Below, piece after piece: positions 26,909-36,639 of a stretch of DNA of 59,999 bases. Every line of letters begins with the position of its first letter. The first letter of the stretch is position 1. Location: the IMG/VR virus record IMGVR_UViG_3300034158_000041, positions 1 through 59,999 of that record. One strand, written 5' to 3'. This DNA comes from a virus (lineage: Duplodnaviria; Caudoviricetes). The position numbers and the translations under genes are program-made. Under the pieces are notes generated by a model. That model was not told where the DNA came from. It was given only the letters and a program-made list of their open reading frames with translations, and searched no databases.

Positions 26909-27324
26909 GTCCGAACCTTGACCAGCCCGAAATCGACCGAGAACCTGTAAGCGGGCCCGCCTACCATCTCCAGATCGCTTGTCACTGTCAGGTCATCTGG
27001 TATGGATCGGTTTGTGGCCAATGCGACATACCCAGTGGGCGGATTGAAGTCCAGCCACTTCCTGATATCTTCTGCAATCGCGAAAGCGTTGTGCGGATCG
27101 GTGTAGCGGACCTGGACCTGGACACCAGGATAGTCCAGAGCCCCCGCATTGCCTGAGCCGTTTGTGAAGTGACCGCTGGAGACTCCTATGTTTCCGCCCA
27201 CGCCCCCGCCAGTAGGAAACACTGCTATGCAGTTGATGACATCGGCGGGGAATTGCATGGGATATATAGGAAGCACCTGGTTGGGCATATCCGCGAGCCA
27301 ATTTGCAATATCGGTAATAAGCAT
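26905..27324 (-). CDS. Tail terminator / minor capsid-family protein
   Basis: IAVFPTGG..YPGVQVQVR..RFSVDF. Confidence 0.7.
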   Translation of the reverse strand: MLITDIANWLADMPNQVLPIYPMQFPADVINCIAVFPTGGGVGGNIGVSSGHFTNGSGNAGALDYPGVQVQVRYTDPHNAFAIAEDIRKWLDFNPPTGYVALATNRSIPDDLTVTSDLEMVGGPAYRFSVDFGLVKVRT

Positions 27325-27759
27325 GATAACCTCACTCATAGGAAGAAGGGCCACTGGCTGCAACACCAGCACGCGCCCGCAATCCTATGGTTTCCCCTCT
27401 TGGTTTATGTACCTTGTCACGCTTAAAAGGTGACTATGATGTAGATGTTGAGTATATATGCGTCTCTCCGTTTCGATCTTCGCAAAATTCGACGCATTCC
27501 ATCAATTTCAGGTAGCTATGGCAGTTGTCATAAATAGTGCAATCATCGCAAGCGCTCATTTACTCCTCCCAAAAAGGATCTCGAAAGTCCGGCTCAAGTA
27601 TATCATAGATATACAATATCCAAATGCCCTCCAGTAGAAAGGCAAAGAACCGGACGCCCATAGTATCCTCATTCCCTGGCTTTCCTTTCCCGTTCCTGGC
27701 ATATCGGGCAGATCTCGGCCTTGGCCGGCATCAGGTGATCGCCATGCTGCTGGTGGGGC

Positions 27760-28002
27760 TCAGGCATAGAAGAGCCCCGTTGTGTTGGTTAGGTTCAGGC
27801 TGCTATTGTTTCCCAAGAATGCCCATATCCCGGCCAACCACGTATCGTGTTGCCCCGCCAGGTCTTGTGGGATGGCAATTATGGAACTTGTGGCTTGAGA
27901 CATCGCGTCAGGGAACACAAGCGGCCCGGTGTTGACAGTTGCCATGTCTGCGACCGGGATAGTCGCATTCATGAGCAGTGTAACCATGAGAATCGAGATC
28001 AT
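27760..28002 (-). CDS. Small exported protein with N-glycosylation sequons
   Basis: Hydrophobic N-terminus; NAT, NNS, NSS, NLT, NTT. Confidence 0.5.
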   Translation of the reverse strand: MISILMVTLLMNATIPVADMATVNTGPLVFPDAMSQATSSIIAIPQDLAGQHDTWLAGIWAFLGNNSSLNLTNTTGLFYA

Positions 28003-28553
28003 ATAGTCCACGCCAACCCTCTGCCAGCGTCTGCTATTTTGCGGCGCCCCTTCCAGGCAAGAAACAGGAGAACCGCTATCGATCCGATCAGTGCCAACGT
28101 GATATGCAGGCCCCATTCTGCAATCATCTCATTGAGCCCCGGCCAATACACGCGGGCAGTTATTGCACTTAGAAGGAAGACAATAAAGGCCAAAACCGGG
28201 CTACTCGTTACGGTCTTCCATCCCACGCCCACAAGCCCTTTCTGGTAATCTACTATTATTCGCTGTTCCCTATAACATTGTAATTCCGTTTTTATTGGGC
28301 CGATTTCATCCATTAAACGCTGGTGGTTGGTAGCTATCTCGACGCGAAGTACCTCATTATTGGCACGGTTACGGGCATCGAACTCCTCCATGAGCCGCGT
28401 GCAATTATCTTGCCCGACTATGCGTTTATCCATGCCAGAAACCGCGTCTCGAAGCTTCTCGAAGTCGTGGCTCAAAGCTTCGTTGCTTTCTTTCCCGTCA
28501 TTCTTGACATCTTCGAGATTTGAAAGAATTAACTTTAGAGTGTCGCCGTCCAT
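27999..28553 (-). CDS. Coiled-coil membrane protein with two C-terminal TM helices (holin/lysis-like)
   Basis: Coiled coil, then VLAFIVFLLSAITA and LHITLALIGSIAVLLFLAW. Confidence 0.55.
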   Translation of the reverse strand: MDGDTLKLILSNLEDVKNDGKESNEALSHDFEKLRDAVSGMDKRIVGQDNCTRLMEEFDARNRANNEVLRVEIATNHQRLMDEIGPIKTELQCYREQRIIVDYQKGLVGVGWKTVTSSPVLAFIVFLLSAITARVYWPGLNEMIAEWGLHITLALIGSIAVLLFLAWKGRRKIADAGRGLAWTI

Positions 28554-28559
28554 GCAGCC

Positions 28560-29210
28560 TCAAGAGAATGGCAATTGTGCCAACTCAGAGGCAGTACCCC
28601 GGATTTCCGCATTCTGGCTAGGGATATAGTATCTGGTCCAATAATAAGCATAGTAGCTTACTTGGTCCCTAGGAGCGGCTGGATGGCCTCTGAGGGCAAG
28701 GTTCAGCAACCAAGGCCAAATGCCTCTCTGGATGCCAGCTATCAGCACAACCCAGGCTAACTCATTTTCGCCACAGGCTGACCAAGATATGACTTGCGCA
28801 CCCGGGACTTCATGGATTCCAGCTCCATAGCAACAGCCAAAGAAGAGGTCGCAATTCACGCCGGGCCGGAGCCCTCGCAGGATGGCATCTACCTCATAGT
28901 CCCACACCAGCCCTCCGGATTCCCAGTCAGAAGCGCACAAGCATTCTGATGTGCCGTCGGGTTCCGCGCTCGGAACTTTGCCACCATGCCCGAAGAAGCC
29001 GAAGCATATCGAATCTCCTGCATATGAGGTATTTACCAGGTCACGCAAGCCGTTTATGATCGTGGCCTTGGATGGATTCGATTGGCACTGAACCACCTGG
29101 AAGCCTCTCTGCAATAGGCTTGTCCTTGTGTCGTTCATATCATTGATATTATTTTTCATGGTATAGGGAGCCCGATAGGCGTCCACCGCTGCAAGAAATG
29201 CCCTTTTCAT
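28560..29210 (-). CDS. Metacaspase (peptidase C14)
   Basis: KRAFL..VD.Y; IND; GD...FFGHG (catalytic His); EPDGTSECL; FGCCYG (catalytic Cys); WSACGENE.A. Confidence 0.85.
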   Translation of the reverse strand: MKRAFLAAVDAYRAPYTMKNNINDMNDTRTSLLQRGFQVVQCQSNPSKATIINGLRDLVNTSYAGDSICFGFFGHGGKVPSAEPDGTSECLCASDWESGGLVWDYEVDAILRGLRPGVNCDLFFGCCYGAGIHEVPGAQVISWSACGENELAWVVLIAGIQRGIWPWLLNLALRGHPAAPRDQVSYYAYYWTRYYIPSQNAEIRGTASELAQLPFS

Positions 29211-29257
29211 GAATGGCCTCCATAATTGAAATTATTATTAGCAAAAAATAATAGAAG

Positions 29258-29512
29258 CTATTTACATTTAGCTTCAAGTTCTGCGATCTTTTCAGCCTTC
29301 GCGCCCTGAGTCATCACAATGATTCCGCCGCCGTACTTGCGGGCAATCATGACAATGATGAATATCAGAGCGGAAATAGCACTTATCTGTTCCACTGTTA
29401 CTTGTATTCCAGTGATACCAAGTGCTGAAAGAGCAGTTATGATAAGCCCGATCGTTGCGGCGATCTCCGTCTTGGAATCCCACGGCATCTTAACTTCTGA
29501 TTCGTCTACCAT
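29258..29512 (-). CDS. Putative holin (two TM helices)
   Basis: PWDSKT motif, two hydrophobic helices, charged C-terminus. Confidence 0.6.
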   Translation of the reverse strand: MVDESEVKMPWDSKTEIAATIGLIITALSALGITGIQVTVEQISAISALIFIIVMIARKYGGGIIVMTQGAKAEKIAELEAKCK

Positions 29513-29797
29513 TTAAATCATACTCCTTGGATCAGTCACGAACTGGATTGCGCCCATGTATGCAGCCTTTGCAGGGACATAATTGGATGGGATCTTTCCA
29601 GCGTCTCCTATGTCCAGAACCTTGGACTGTTCCTTTGTGGCTCCGACGCTTGCAAGATCTCCGCTCATGCCGGTATCCATGCCTTTGATCTCATCAAATG
29701 AAATCTTGGAGAGCTGAACAGTTCCGTTTTCCATTGGCCATGCCGAGGCCATACCGATTGCAGCGAGTGCAACCATAATTATCAGAATTGTCTTCAT
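29513..29797 (-). CDS. Secreted small protein
   Basis: Signal peptide MKTILIIMVALAAIGMASA. Confidence 0.6.
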   Translation of the reverse strand: MKTILIIMVALAAIGMASAWPMENGTVQLSKISFDEIKGMDTGMSGDLASVGATKEQSKVLDIGDAGKIPSNYVPAKAAYMGAIQFVTDPRSMI

Positions 29798-30225
29798 TTG
29801 TGAACACCTGTATCAAAGGGCTCCGCGCCCATGCTTGGATTGAGGCTCATGTGGATCTTCGGGTCGACCCCATACGTCCACATGTAGGTTCGCCTATCGA
29901 GAAGAGGGCCGTTCTGGCCTGCGCGATACCGCTTAAATGCTAAATCACCAACTGATCCACCGGGAATCTTGGCCTGCTCCTCATCCATGAGTGGCACGCA
30001 GCCCAACCAGTCATCGTTCTCTGTGATGGTCGCGATCCATTGGCCGATTCCTTTTTCAGGAACATCCGGAACTTCCAGCACTCGCGCGCACTTAGGACAG
30101 CCCACAAGTACTTTTCCCTCGGTCTTGCCGCGTTGAACCGATGCCAGCTTCAAGTCTTGCGCTGAAATCGAGATCTCTTCTTCGCAGACCGGACAAATTA
30201 TTTCCAAGTCGGGTATTTTTATCAC
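29794..30225 (-). CDS. Zinc-ribbon protein
   Basis: CPVC...CPKC. Confidence 0.6.
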   Translation of the reverse strand: MIKIPDLEIICPVCEEEISISAQDLKLASVQRGKTEGKVLVGCPKCARVLEVPDVPEKGIGQWIATITENDDWLGCVPLMDEEQAKIPGGSVGDLAFKRYRAGQNGPLLDRRTYMWTYGVDPKIHMSLNPSMGAEPFDTGVHK

Positions 30226-30252
30226 CTATTATTGAAAAAGGATAATAGCCGC

Positions 30253-30504
30253 CTATTGAACAGGCGGAGTTTCGGGGTCTTCGTCTCCCTCGGGGCGTGC
30301 CACTACAACGGGGGTATCCTGGAGGGGAATGTTCAGTGTGGGTATGATAACTTCGTCGATGAACTTCTTCGCCCGATCGCGAGTGAAATCATCAATTCCG
30401 GCGCCATACATCCGGGAGCCGCTATTCACAACTTCTTTCATCAAGGTCTCGAAGTACTCTCCGAGGGTGTTGACGGTATCATTTTTTCCCTTTTTGAAAA
30501 CCAT
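30253..30504 (-). CDS. Hypothetical protein
   Basis: GAGGTGA SD upstream. Confidence 0.55.
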   Translation of the reverse strand: MVFKKGKNDTVNTLGEYFETLMKEVVNSGSRMYGAGIDDFTRDRAKKFIDEVIIPTLNIPLQDTPVVVARPEGDEDPETPPVQ

Positions 30505-30698
30505 TTGTTCACCTCAGCTATTAGCTGATTATTATTCATCCCGTATAGACAGCCTATTATTGTTGTTTTCATATTCGGTTATCCTGATTTTCAGTCTCAC
30601 AATATCGCTTTCTCGGCCTTCTCGCAAGGCCCGAATGACCACGAGAACATCTTCTCCAGATAGATCTTCCAGGGACATGTGACCTCAGAAAAATAGAA

Positions 30699-31850
30699 CT
30701 AGCTGGAATTACCAGCCAATTCGTTTGGCGACGAATTGTCGCCCATTTCGATGGTTTTATTCAGGATGATCGGCTCTTCTATAGGATCCGTTTCATTGAT
30801 GGTCGGTTCTACCGCAAATACCGATTCATCAACTTCTGCCATTGTCTTCAGAGCGGGGGGATTGGTTATAGTAACCCTCAACGGAGCCTCCCAAATCTCT
30901 TCCGAGCACTGACCAAGTGAATCAACCGCAATGACCCGCACATCGAAGAATCCTGCGTTGTTCCAGCTATGAGAAGCCGTCACCACTGCACCGGAAGGAT
31001 AAAAGCCAGTGGTTTCTGTTGCGTCACCCCAGCAGAATATATACTGGATAGTATCTCCATCAGGATCGGTGGCACTTGTGGTGTAGCTATAAGTTACGCC
31101 TGCGATGCCCGAAGTTGGACCGACTGGAGTAGATGCCGTAGTGGGGGGATAATTTATTCTCGGACCCAACACGTTTACGACTCTGGCAACGGACCATCCA
31201 GAGGTTGCTCCATGTTCGTCTGTAGCCGTAGCACGCACGTTAAATGTCTTCTGGGTGTTGGGCGATACCGTCCATCTATGAGACGCGCTCGATTCTGTCC
31301 CAGAGGCCACCAGCGCGGTCGTGGTTGTGGTTCCGTCTCCCCAGTCGAAGGTGTACTTCACCCGGTCTCCATCAGGATCGATTGCATATACAGAGTAACT
31401 ATATGTGTTACCGGATTTGGCGGCTGTTGTGCCCCAAGGAGTATATGGGGCGTATGGTGCTTGATTTGTCGCGGCCTGATCTGAAATTGTCACCAATGTG
31501 CCTTTCTGTGAAAAGGTAGACACTGACCCAAAGCTATCTATTGCCTTGACGTACACGTTGTATGTCTTGGTTGTTCCAGTTACCGGCCATTTATGGGAAA
31601 CTGTCACGACCTGACCAGATGGGAAAAGGCCGGTGGTTGTCGTGGTGCGATCTCCCCAATAAAACACATACTTGACTTTATCTCCATTGGGATCGATTGA
31701 ACTGGTGGAATAGCTGTATGAAGTGCCTGATATGCCCACAGTCGGGCCACTTGGAAGAGAAGGAATTGAAGGGGGGCGATTTAACGCAGTGCATGTTGAC
31801 ATCATCGCGAGGATGACCAAAAAGATTAATATTTTTCTCATCTCGATCAC
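30699..31850 (-). CDS. Secreted protein with three PKD domains
   Basis: Signal peptide; 3x DP(N/D)GD..(K/Q)Y.F.WGD.T..SH.W. Confidence 0.9.
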   Translation of the reverse strand: MIEMRKILIFLVILAMMSTCTALNRPPSIPSLPSGPTVGISGTSYSYSTSSIDPNGDKVKYVFYWGDRTTTTTGLFPSGQVVTVSHKWPVTGTTKTYNVYVKAIDSFGSVSTFSQKGTLVTISDQAATNQAPYAPYTPWGTTAAKSGNTYSYSVYAIDPDGDRVKYTFDWGDGTTTTTALVASGTESSASHRWTVSPNTQKTFNVRATATDEHGATSGWSVARVVNVLGPRINYPPTTASTPVGPTSGIAGVTYSYTTSATDPDGDTIQYIFCWGDATETTGFYPSGAVVTASHSWNNAGFFDVRVIAVDSLGQCSEEIWEAPLRVTITNPPALKTMAEVDESVFAVEPTINETDPIEEPIILNKTIEMGDNSSPNELAGNSS

Positions 31851-32818
31851 CCGTAAAGCTTCCAGATGCCGGTCTTGTCACCATTTCCAAGTGTGCGCTT
31901 TTCGACGGTGTAGTAATGCATCACCTGTCTGGTGTCATACTTGAACTCAGGCTTGGTATAAAGATCTCCTAAGCCAAGCGTATGTCCCATCTCATGCAAT
32001 GCTACCGACTGGACATCAACGCCGATTGTAGAGCGATCGGTGCGCCACTTGTAATCTGTATTGAAGACCAGATCCGAATCCAGAGCCGTATTGTATCCAT
32101 CGACCTTTTTAAAGTTGTAATAGGTTCTGGCGTAAGCTAAACAGTATGCGTTGCCGAACGGGCTCCAACTGACGGTGTTTATTTTGTTATATTTTTCGGC
32201 AACCACATTAGGATTCAAAGTGACCAAGCCGCTATCTGCGAAAAGGTTCTGGTTTGTGGCATCATCCCATGAGTTGGCTGCATTAGATATGGCGCTCTGC
32301 ACCGCACTGGTGGTTATTCCCTCTGCCGCCATGTTTGCGTCATTCTTCAACACCCATTTGAGTTGAGGATCTTTTATATTCCATCTATAACCGAATAAGG
32401 TATAGGCTTCTGCCCTTCCACCATCTGAAGTAAATGCCGGACCTGTTATCAGGTTAGTAACCCGGCCATCCATCATGTGGAAATTGATAGACTGAAGACC
32501 TTCATCTGCATCAATCAGGATACCATTGACCTGCCCTTTCAGAGAGCTATCTGTGACTTCTATATCTGCATCCAGGTCGCCCTTTGCTGCAATCATCAAG
32601 CCATTGGCCTCAATGGAGGCCTCGCCAGTTCCTGCAATCTCCCTGGAGCCCGACATTTGGCCACCTGCCAGAGTTGTGCTACCTGTCAGGCCGGCCTCTG
32701 GACTGAGATCATAGGATTCTCGTATTTCATTACCTTGCCCGTCGCCCATGGAAATGGATATGGCCGAAGCGGCATTGATCATAGCTGCTAGGATAAGCAG
32801 CGACAGTATATTTTTCAT
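31847..32818 (-). CDS. Secreted matrixin (M10)-like zinc metalloprotease
   Basis: Signal peptide; DVQSVALHEMGHTLGLGD; QVM Met-turn; LGNGD..GI..LYG. Confidence 0.85.
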   Translation of the reverse strand: MKNILSLLILAAMINAASAISISMGDGQGNEIRESYDLSPEAGLTGSTTLAGGQMSGSREIAGTGEASIEANGLMIAAKGDLDADIEVTDSSLKGQVNGILIDADEGLQSINFHMMDGRVTNLITGPAFTSDGGRAEAYTLFGYRWNIKDPQLKWVLKNDANMAAEGITTSAVQSAISNAANSWDDATNQNLFADSGLVTLNPNVVAEKYNKINTVSWSPFGNAYCLAYARTYYNFKKVDGYNTALDSDLVFNTDYKWRTDRSTIGVDVQSVALHEMGHTLGLGDLYTKPEFKYDTRQVMHYYTVEKRTLGNGDKTGIWKLYG

Positions 32819-32842
32819 CTATTATAAAAAAAAGAATGACCC

Positions 32843-34273
32843 CTAAGGAGCCACATTATCGGGTGAATTGCCAGACATGCCGGAGAATACGAAGTTCGAC
32901 CAGTAGATAGCACCGCCCATCTCGCCAGCCACATTATTCGTGATGGTTCCGCCAGTTCTAATGATGGTATTCCAGGCATTCATGACGCCACCGCCCATCA
33001 TTGCAGCAGTATTATGGTCTATAGACCCGCCTAGAAGTTTGAGCGTGCCCTCGAACTCTCGATCAGGGGAAACGTCCATGAATATGCCACCTCCATTAAA
33101 GACCGTGGCATTATTGTGGTCTATGGAGCCGCTTATCAGGGTCACGTTGGCCTCATCACTGTAGATAGCGCCCCCACTGTTGGCATTGTTATAAGACAGC
33201 GTGCTGCCATCGATCACCAACATCGAACTGCGATCATGAAACACGGCGCCGCCGATTCCGGCAGTATTGTGTGTAATCAGCGTGCCATTGCAGTAGGTGG
33301 TTGCGAAGTTATCATCATAGATCGCGCCTCCATATATGGCTGTATTGTGATCTATAGAGCCCGCATTCAAATATGCGGTTCCAAGTGTCTCGTGGTAGTC
33401 CTGAGCATCATTGTAGATGCCGCCGCCCGAGCCCAGGTTATTGGTGACTGTGTTGTATGAAATGGACCCCCCATTCATGATAAACAAGCCCCAGGTATAG
33501 ATGCCGCCACCGTACCAGTAACCGGTATTGTGGGAAATCGAGCCGTTCATGGTAAAGCTAGAACCACCATCGGAATAGACGCCCGCGCCGCTCCGAGCAG
33601 TATTGTAGTCTATCTTGCCACCGATCTGGTTTACCTCACCCCAGTTATAGATGCCGCCACCACCATACGTGGCCGCATTATTGGATATGTTGGCATTGTC
33701 TAGGAGAACATCACCAGTCGCAGCGTTGCAAATTCCGGCCCCATTTGGTGCTGTATTTTCCGACAACTCTGTGTCAATCAAATCAAGATCGCCAGCGTTA
33801 TAAATAGCTCCGCCGTCGCCCTCGCTTGATACGGTATTCTCGGATAATAGGCAATTTTCAAATGTTGCGTCTCCTGCATTGAGAACTCCTCCCCCATAAG
33901 TAGCGTGATTATCAACTATGGAAACGTCCTCTGCGTCCAAATTGCCATTATTTCGAATGCCTGCACCAGACGGAGAGCTACCATTTCGAATGGCAAACCC
34001 GGATAGAACCAAGCTCTTGCCAGCATCTATCAAGATGCATCGGCCAGAAAGTGATCCATCCAGAATGGCGTCATCGCCATATATGGCTAGGTTTTTGTTT
34101 ATAGTGAGATGCTCGTAATATGTCCCCGGCGCAACCAGAATCGTATCTCCAGCAGAACTTGCCGTGATCGCGCTCTGAATCGTGGTGTATGTTTGTGTGG
34201 GTGACACATGCAGTTCCGTGCAGTCGACCACAGATATCATGGCCAGTAAAATAATAAATAGAAATGTCTTCAT
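32843..34273 (-). CDS. Secreted right-handed beta-helix (Pmp/pectin-lyase-like) surface protein
   Basis: Signal peptide; YTTIQSAI..GDTILVAPGTY; many N.A..GGAIY/GGGIY repeats. Confidence 0.85.
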   Translation of the reverse strand: MKTFLFIILLAMISVVDCTELHVSPTQTYTTIQSAITASSAGDTILVAPGTYYEHLTINKNLAIYGDDAILDGSLSGRCILIDAGKSLVLSGFAIRNGSSPSGAGIRNNGNLDAEDVSIVDNHATYGGGVLNAGDATFENCLLSENTVSSEGDGGAIYNAGDLDLIDTELSENTAPNGAGICNAATGDVLLDNANISNNAATYGGGGIYNWGEVNQIGGKIDYNTARSGAGVYSDGGSSFTMNGSISHNTGYWYGGGIYTWGLFIMNGGSISYNTVTNNLGSGGGIYNDAQDYHETLGTAYLNAGSIDHNTAIYGGAIYDDNFATTYCNGTLITHNTAGIGGAVFHDRSSMLVIDGSTLSYNNANSGGAIYSDEANVTLISGSIDHNNATVFNGGGIFMDVSPDREFEGTLKLLGGSIDHNTAAMMGGGVMNAWNTIIRTGGTITNNVAGEMGGAIYWSNFVFSGMSGNSPDNVAP

Positions 34274-34282
34274 AGTTTTCTC

Positions 34283-35485
34283 CTATGCCCTAGTCAAGGG
34301 CAAACTTCTGTATCTAGGGTTGGTAAGACCTTTGTCAAATTCATCGATTGTGACGCATTTGATTTTACGCTGAACGGCGTAGTCGATCAATGCTTGAAAA
34401 TCGGCTGTTACCCACGTTTCCGCGGCAGCCTCTTCTGCAAACATGTGGCCCATGAAGACTATGGTAGTTCCAGTCGTGATTGCGGTATCAATGGCTGCCT
34501 TGCAGGACGCAAGGGTCGTGCCTGTAGTTAATGCTTTAGTAACCGGGAAGTCATACGCAGAATATCGGAATGGATCAACCGATCCGACTCTGACAGACCT
34601 TGCGATGATGACTCCTGCAGCCACAGCAGCAGCATCGACTGTTGCATTGCGCTGTCCGCCTGGATGGGCCATATAATTGGCAGCCCTGGGCATTCCGTTG
34701 GCAATTAGATAATCACGACATGCCTCTAGGTTGGCCTGACACGCTGCCTGAGAAAGCTCAGTAAGATTGGCATGGTCATAAGCATGATTACTAATAGCCC
34801 ATCCATTTGCATATGCCTCTTGACACTGGGCAAGAGTCCAATACCCTTCAGTACCAAGCACAGTAGGAACGACAAAAACCGTGCCAACAATGCCCTTCGC
34901 ATCCATGTAGGCTTTGGCAACAGTATAAGATGTCGTCTTTGGGTCATCGAAGGTAAACAGGCACCTGGGTTCAACGGTTTGGTTGTAGTAAACAGCGCCA
35001 AATGTTATGGACGGCATTTTATCAGCCGCCCCACCAATGCGAAGGCGCGCGCGGATCATTGTATCGCTGGGGAGTCCACCGCCCGATGCGGTCATCGCGG
35101 AAGGCGCGATGGTAATTCTATTCCAGCCAGCATATATGATGAGCGGTCGCAGAACAGCGATCATCATTCTGGTCAACCCTGCATCAGCCGCCAACGCAAA
35201 ACTCATGTCGCTGATATCTGCGAGAGCAGAATGGAGGTAGACCCATATCGTAATGCTCTTGACACTGCTGAGATCAAGCGCCGAGATTGTCCGGGAATAA
35301 ACCGCACTCCCGGCCGGGGTCGTGGGGGTCATCCTTATGCCCTGCGTCCCAACCTTATAATTGGTGGTATCGGCCGCAAAAGTTCCTGCGTTGACGGCAG
35401 TCCAATCAGCCGTGTTGCCAAACGCCTCTAATAGAGTACCTTGATCGCGAATATTGTTTTGAGGCAACGTCGGTCTTGTCGTCAT
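34283..35485 (-). CDS. Polysaccharide deacetylase (NodB/CE4) with an N-terminal beta-sandwich
   Basis: FTFDD, SNHAYDH, AHPGG, FMGH motifs. Confidence 0.85.
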   Translation of the reverse strand: MTTRPTLPQNNIRDQGTLLEAFGNTADWTAVNAGTFAADTTNYKVGTQGIRMTPTTPAGSAVYSRTISALDLSSVKSITIWVYLHSALADISDMSFALAADAGLTRMMIAVLRPLIIYAGWNRITIAPSAMTASGGGLPSDTMIRARLRIGGAADKMPSITFGAVYYNQTVEPRCLFTFDDPKTTSYTVAKAYMDAKGIVGTVFVVPTVLGTEGYWTLAQCQEAYANGWAISNHAYDHANLTELSQAACQANLEACRDYLIANGMPRAANYMAHPGGQRNATVDAAAVAAGVIIARSVRVGSVDPFRYSAYDFPVTKALTTGTTLASCKAAIDTAITTGTTIVFMGHMFAEEAAAETWVTADFQALIDYAVQRKIKCVTIDEFDKGLTNPRYRSLPLTRA

Positions 35486-35492
35486 TTCCGCC

Positions 35493-36047
35493 TCATGCGT
35501 TGAATGGCTGGACCTTGCAGGTCACGGTTGCCCCGTCGTCTGTCTCTGTCGCAGTGATCTTCACATAATCCGGGATGTTAGAGATCACGAAATATCCGCT
35601 TATGTCAGTTGTGATGCTAGACATTGCGGTGCCATCCGCGGTATTCAGAAGAGGCACGAAAGTTAAGCCGCTCCCTGTAGCACCAGTAATCGACAGTACC
35701 CAGGTCTTATCTGTTGCAGAAGAGACCCAATGGACCAATAGGCTATTGAATCCAGAGCAATTGATTTCTGCACTTGTGGCGGTGGCTGTTATCGCATTAT
35801 GGGCGGTAGTGACAGCGCCCTTAGACTTCTTCGCAACATCTATAGAATCAATGGCAGAACTTAGGGGAAGTATGGTTATGCCATTTGTCTCCAGGTTCGC
35901 GTCTATGCTGCCCAGGAGCACGTTGGCCACGTCTAGCTTGGTGCCTGCCGCGCTATCTGCCACAGGCAAGTTTCCGCCTGTCAAAATGTCTTGATTTACG
36001 CTATTTGTCAATCTAACCGGTTGTGCCATAGTTCCACCTCCGACCAC
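35493..36047 (-). CDS. Putative virion structural protein
   Basis: Thr/Ala/Ser-rich beta composition; within the late operon. Confidence 0.5.
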   Translation of the reverse strand: MVGGGTMAQPVRLTNSVNQDILTGGNLPVADSAAGTKLDVANVLLGSIDANLETNGITILPLSSAIDSIDVAKKSKGAVTTAHNAITATATSAEINCSGFNSLLVHWVSSATDKTWVLSITGATGSGLTFVPLLNTADGTAMSSITTDISGYFVISNIPDYVKITATETDDGATVTCKVQPFNA

Positions 36048-36078
36048 CTCTATGGCTAAAATGTTTATTCACTCAATT

Positions 36079-36636
36079 CTATGCAAGATAAGTATAATAT
36101 TCGACTTCCCCGCCAAGCCCCTCGTTATCATCGGTCTGCTTGATGGTGTAATTTTTCGTGCCCTTTCTCACAATATCGTTTACTGCAAGCAAGGTATCCG
36201 AGAATATCTGAGTATCATTAATCGTAGTCCAAATTCCAGACGCATCTGAATGGCCGCTTTGATGAGGCTCGATCCTGGTCATGATGGCCGTTGTTGTCTC
36301 GACCTGAATGGGAGCCCCGCCAGAATTGATGCATTCGATCAAGACATGACAATCCAGGCCTGAATATGTCACAACAGGCAAAGCAGAAAGATTTGTAGTC
36401 GTCTGCTTGGTCCCGGCCTGAAGAAATGTCAGTGTCTCAGTGCCAAGCGTTATTGTGCCCGCGCAGTCAGTGTGACCAGTTGCCACCGAAACAGTAACCT
36501 TGCAGCGAAATGCCGTGCTTGGAGCCGATCCTAGAAGAGTAAGCGGGCTTGTGGGCGGAACCGCATCATAAAGCTCCTTTGGTGCGGTTGTGACCTTGTA
36601 AGCTCCGGTGGTCAGATACATATCAATCAGGGACAT
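36079..36636 (-). CDS. Head closure (stopper) protein with an inserted beta domain
   Basis: C-terminal TRIEP..NDIV..NYTIK..GLGGEVEYY; position in operon. Confidence 0.55.
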   Translation of the reverse strand: MSLIDMYLTTGAYKVTTAPKELYDAVPPTSPLTLLGSAPSTAFRCKVTVSVATGHTDCAGTITLGTETLTFLQAGTKQTTTNLSALPVVTYSGLDCHVLIECINSGGAPIQVETTTAIMTRIEPHQSGHSDASGIWTTINDTQIFSDTLLAVNDIVRKGTKNYTIKQTDDNEGLGGEVEYYTYLA

Positions 36637-36639
36637 GGA

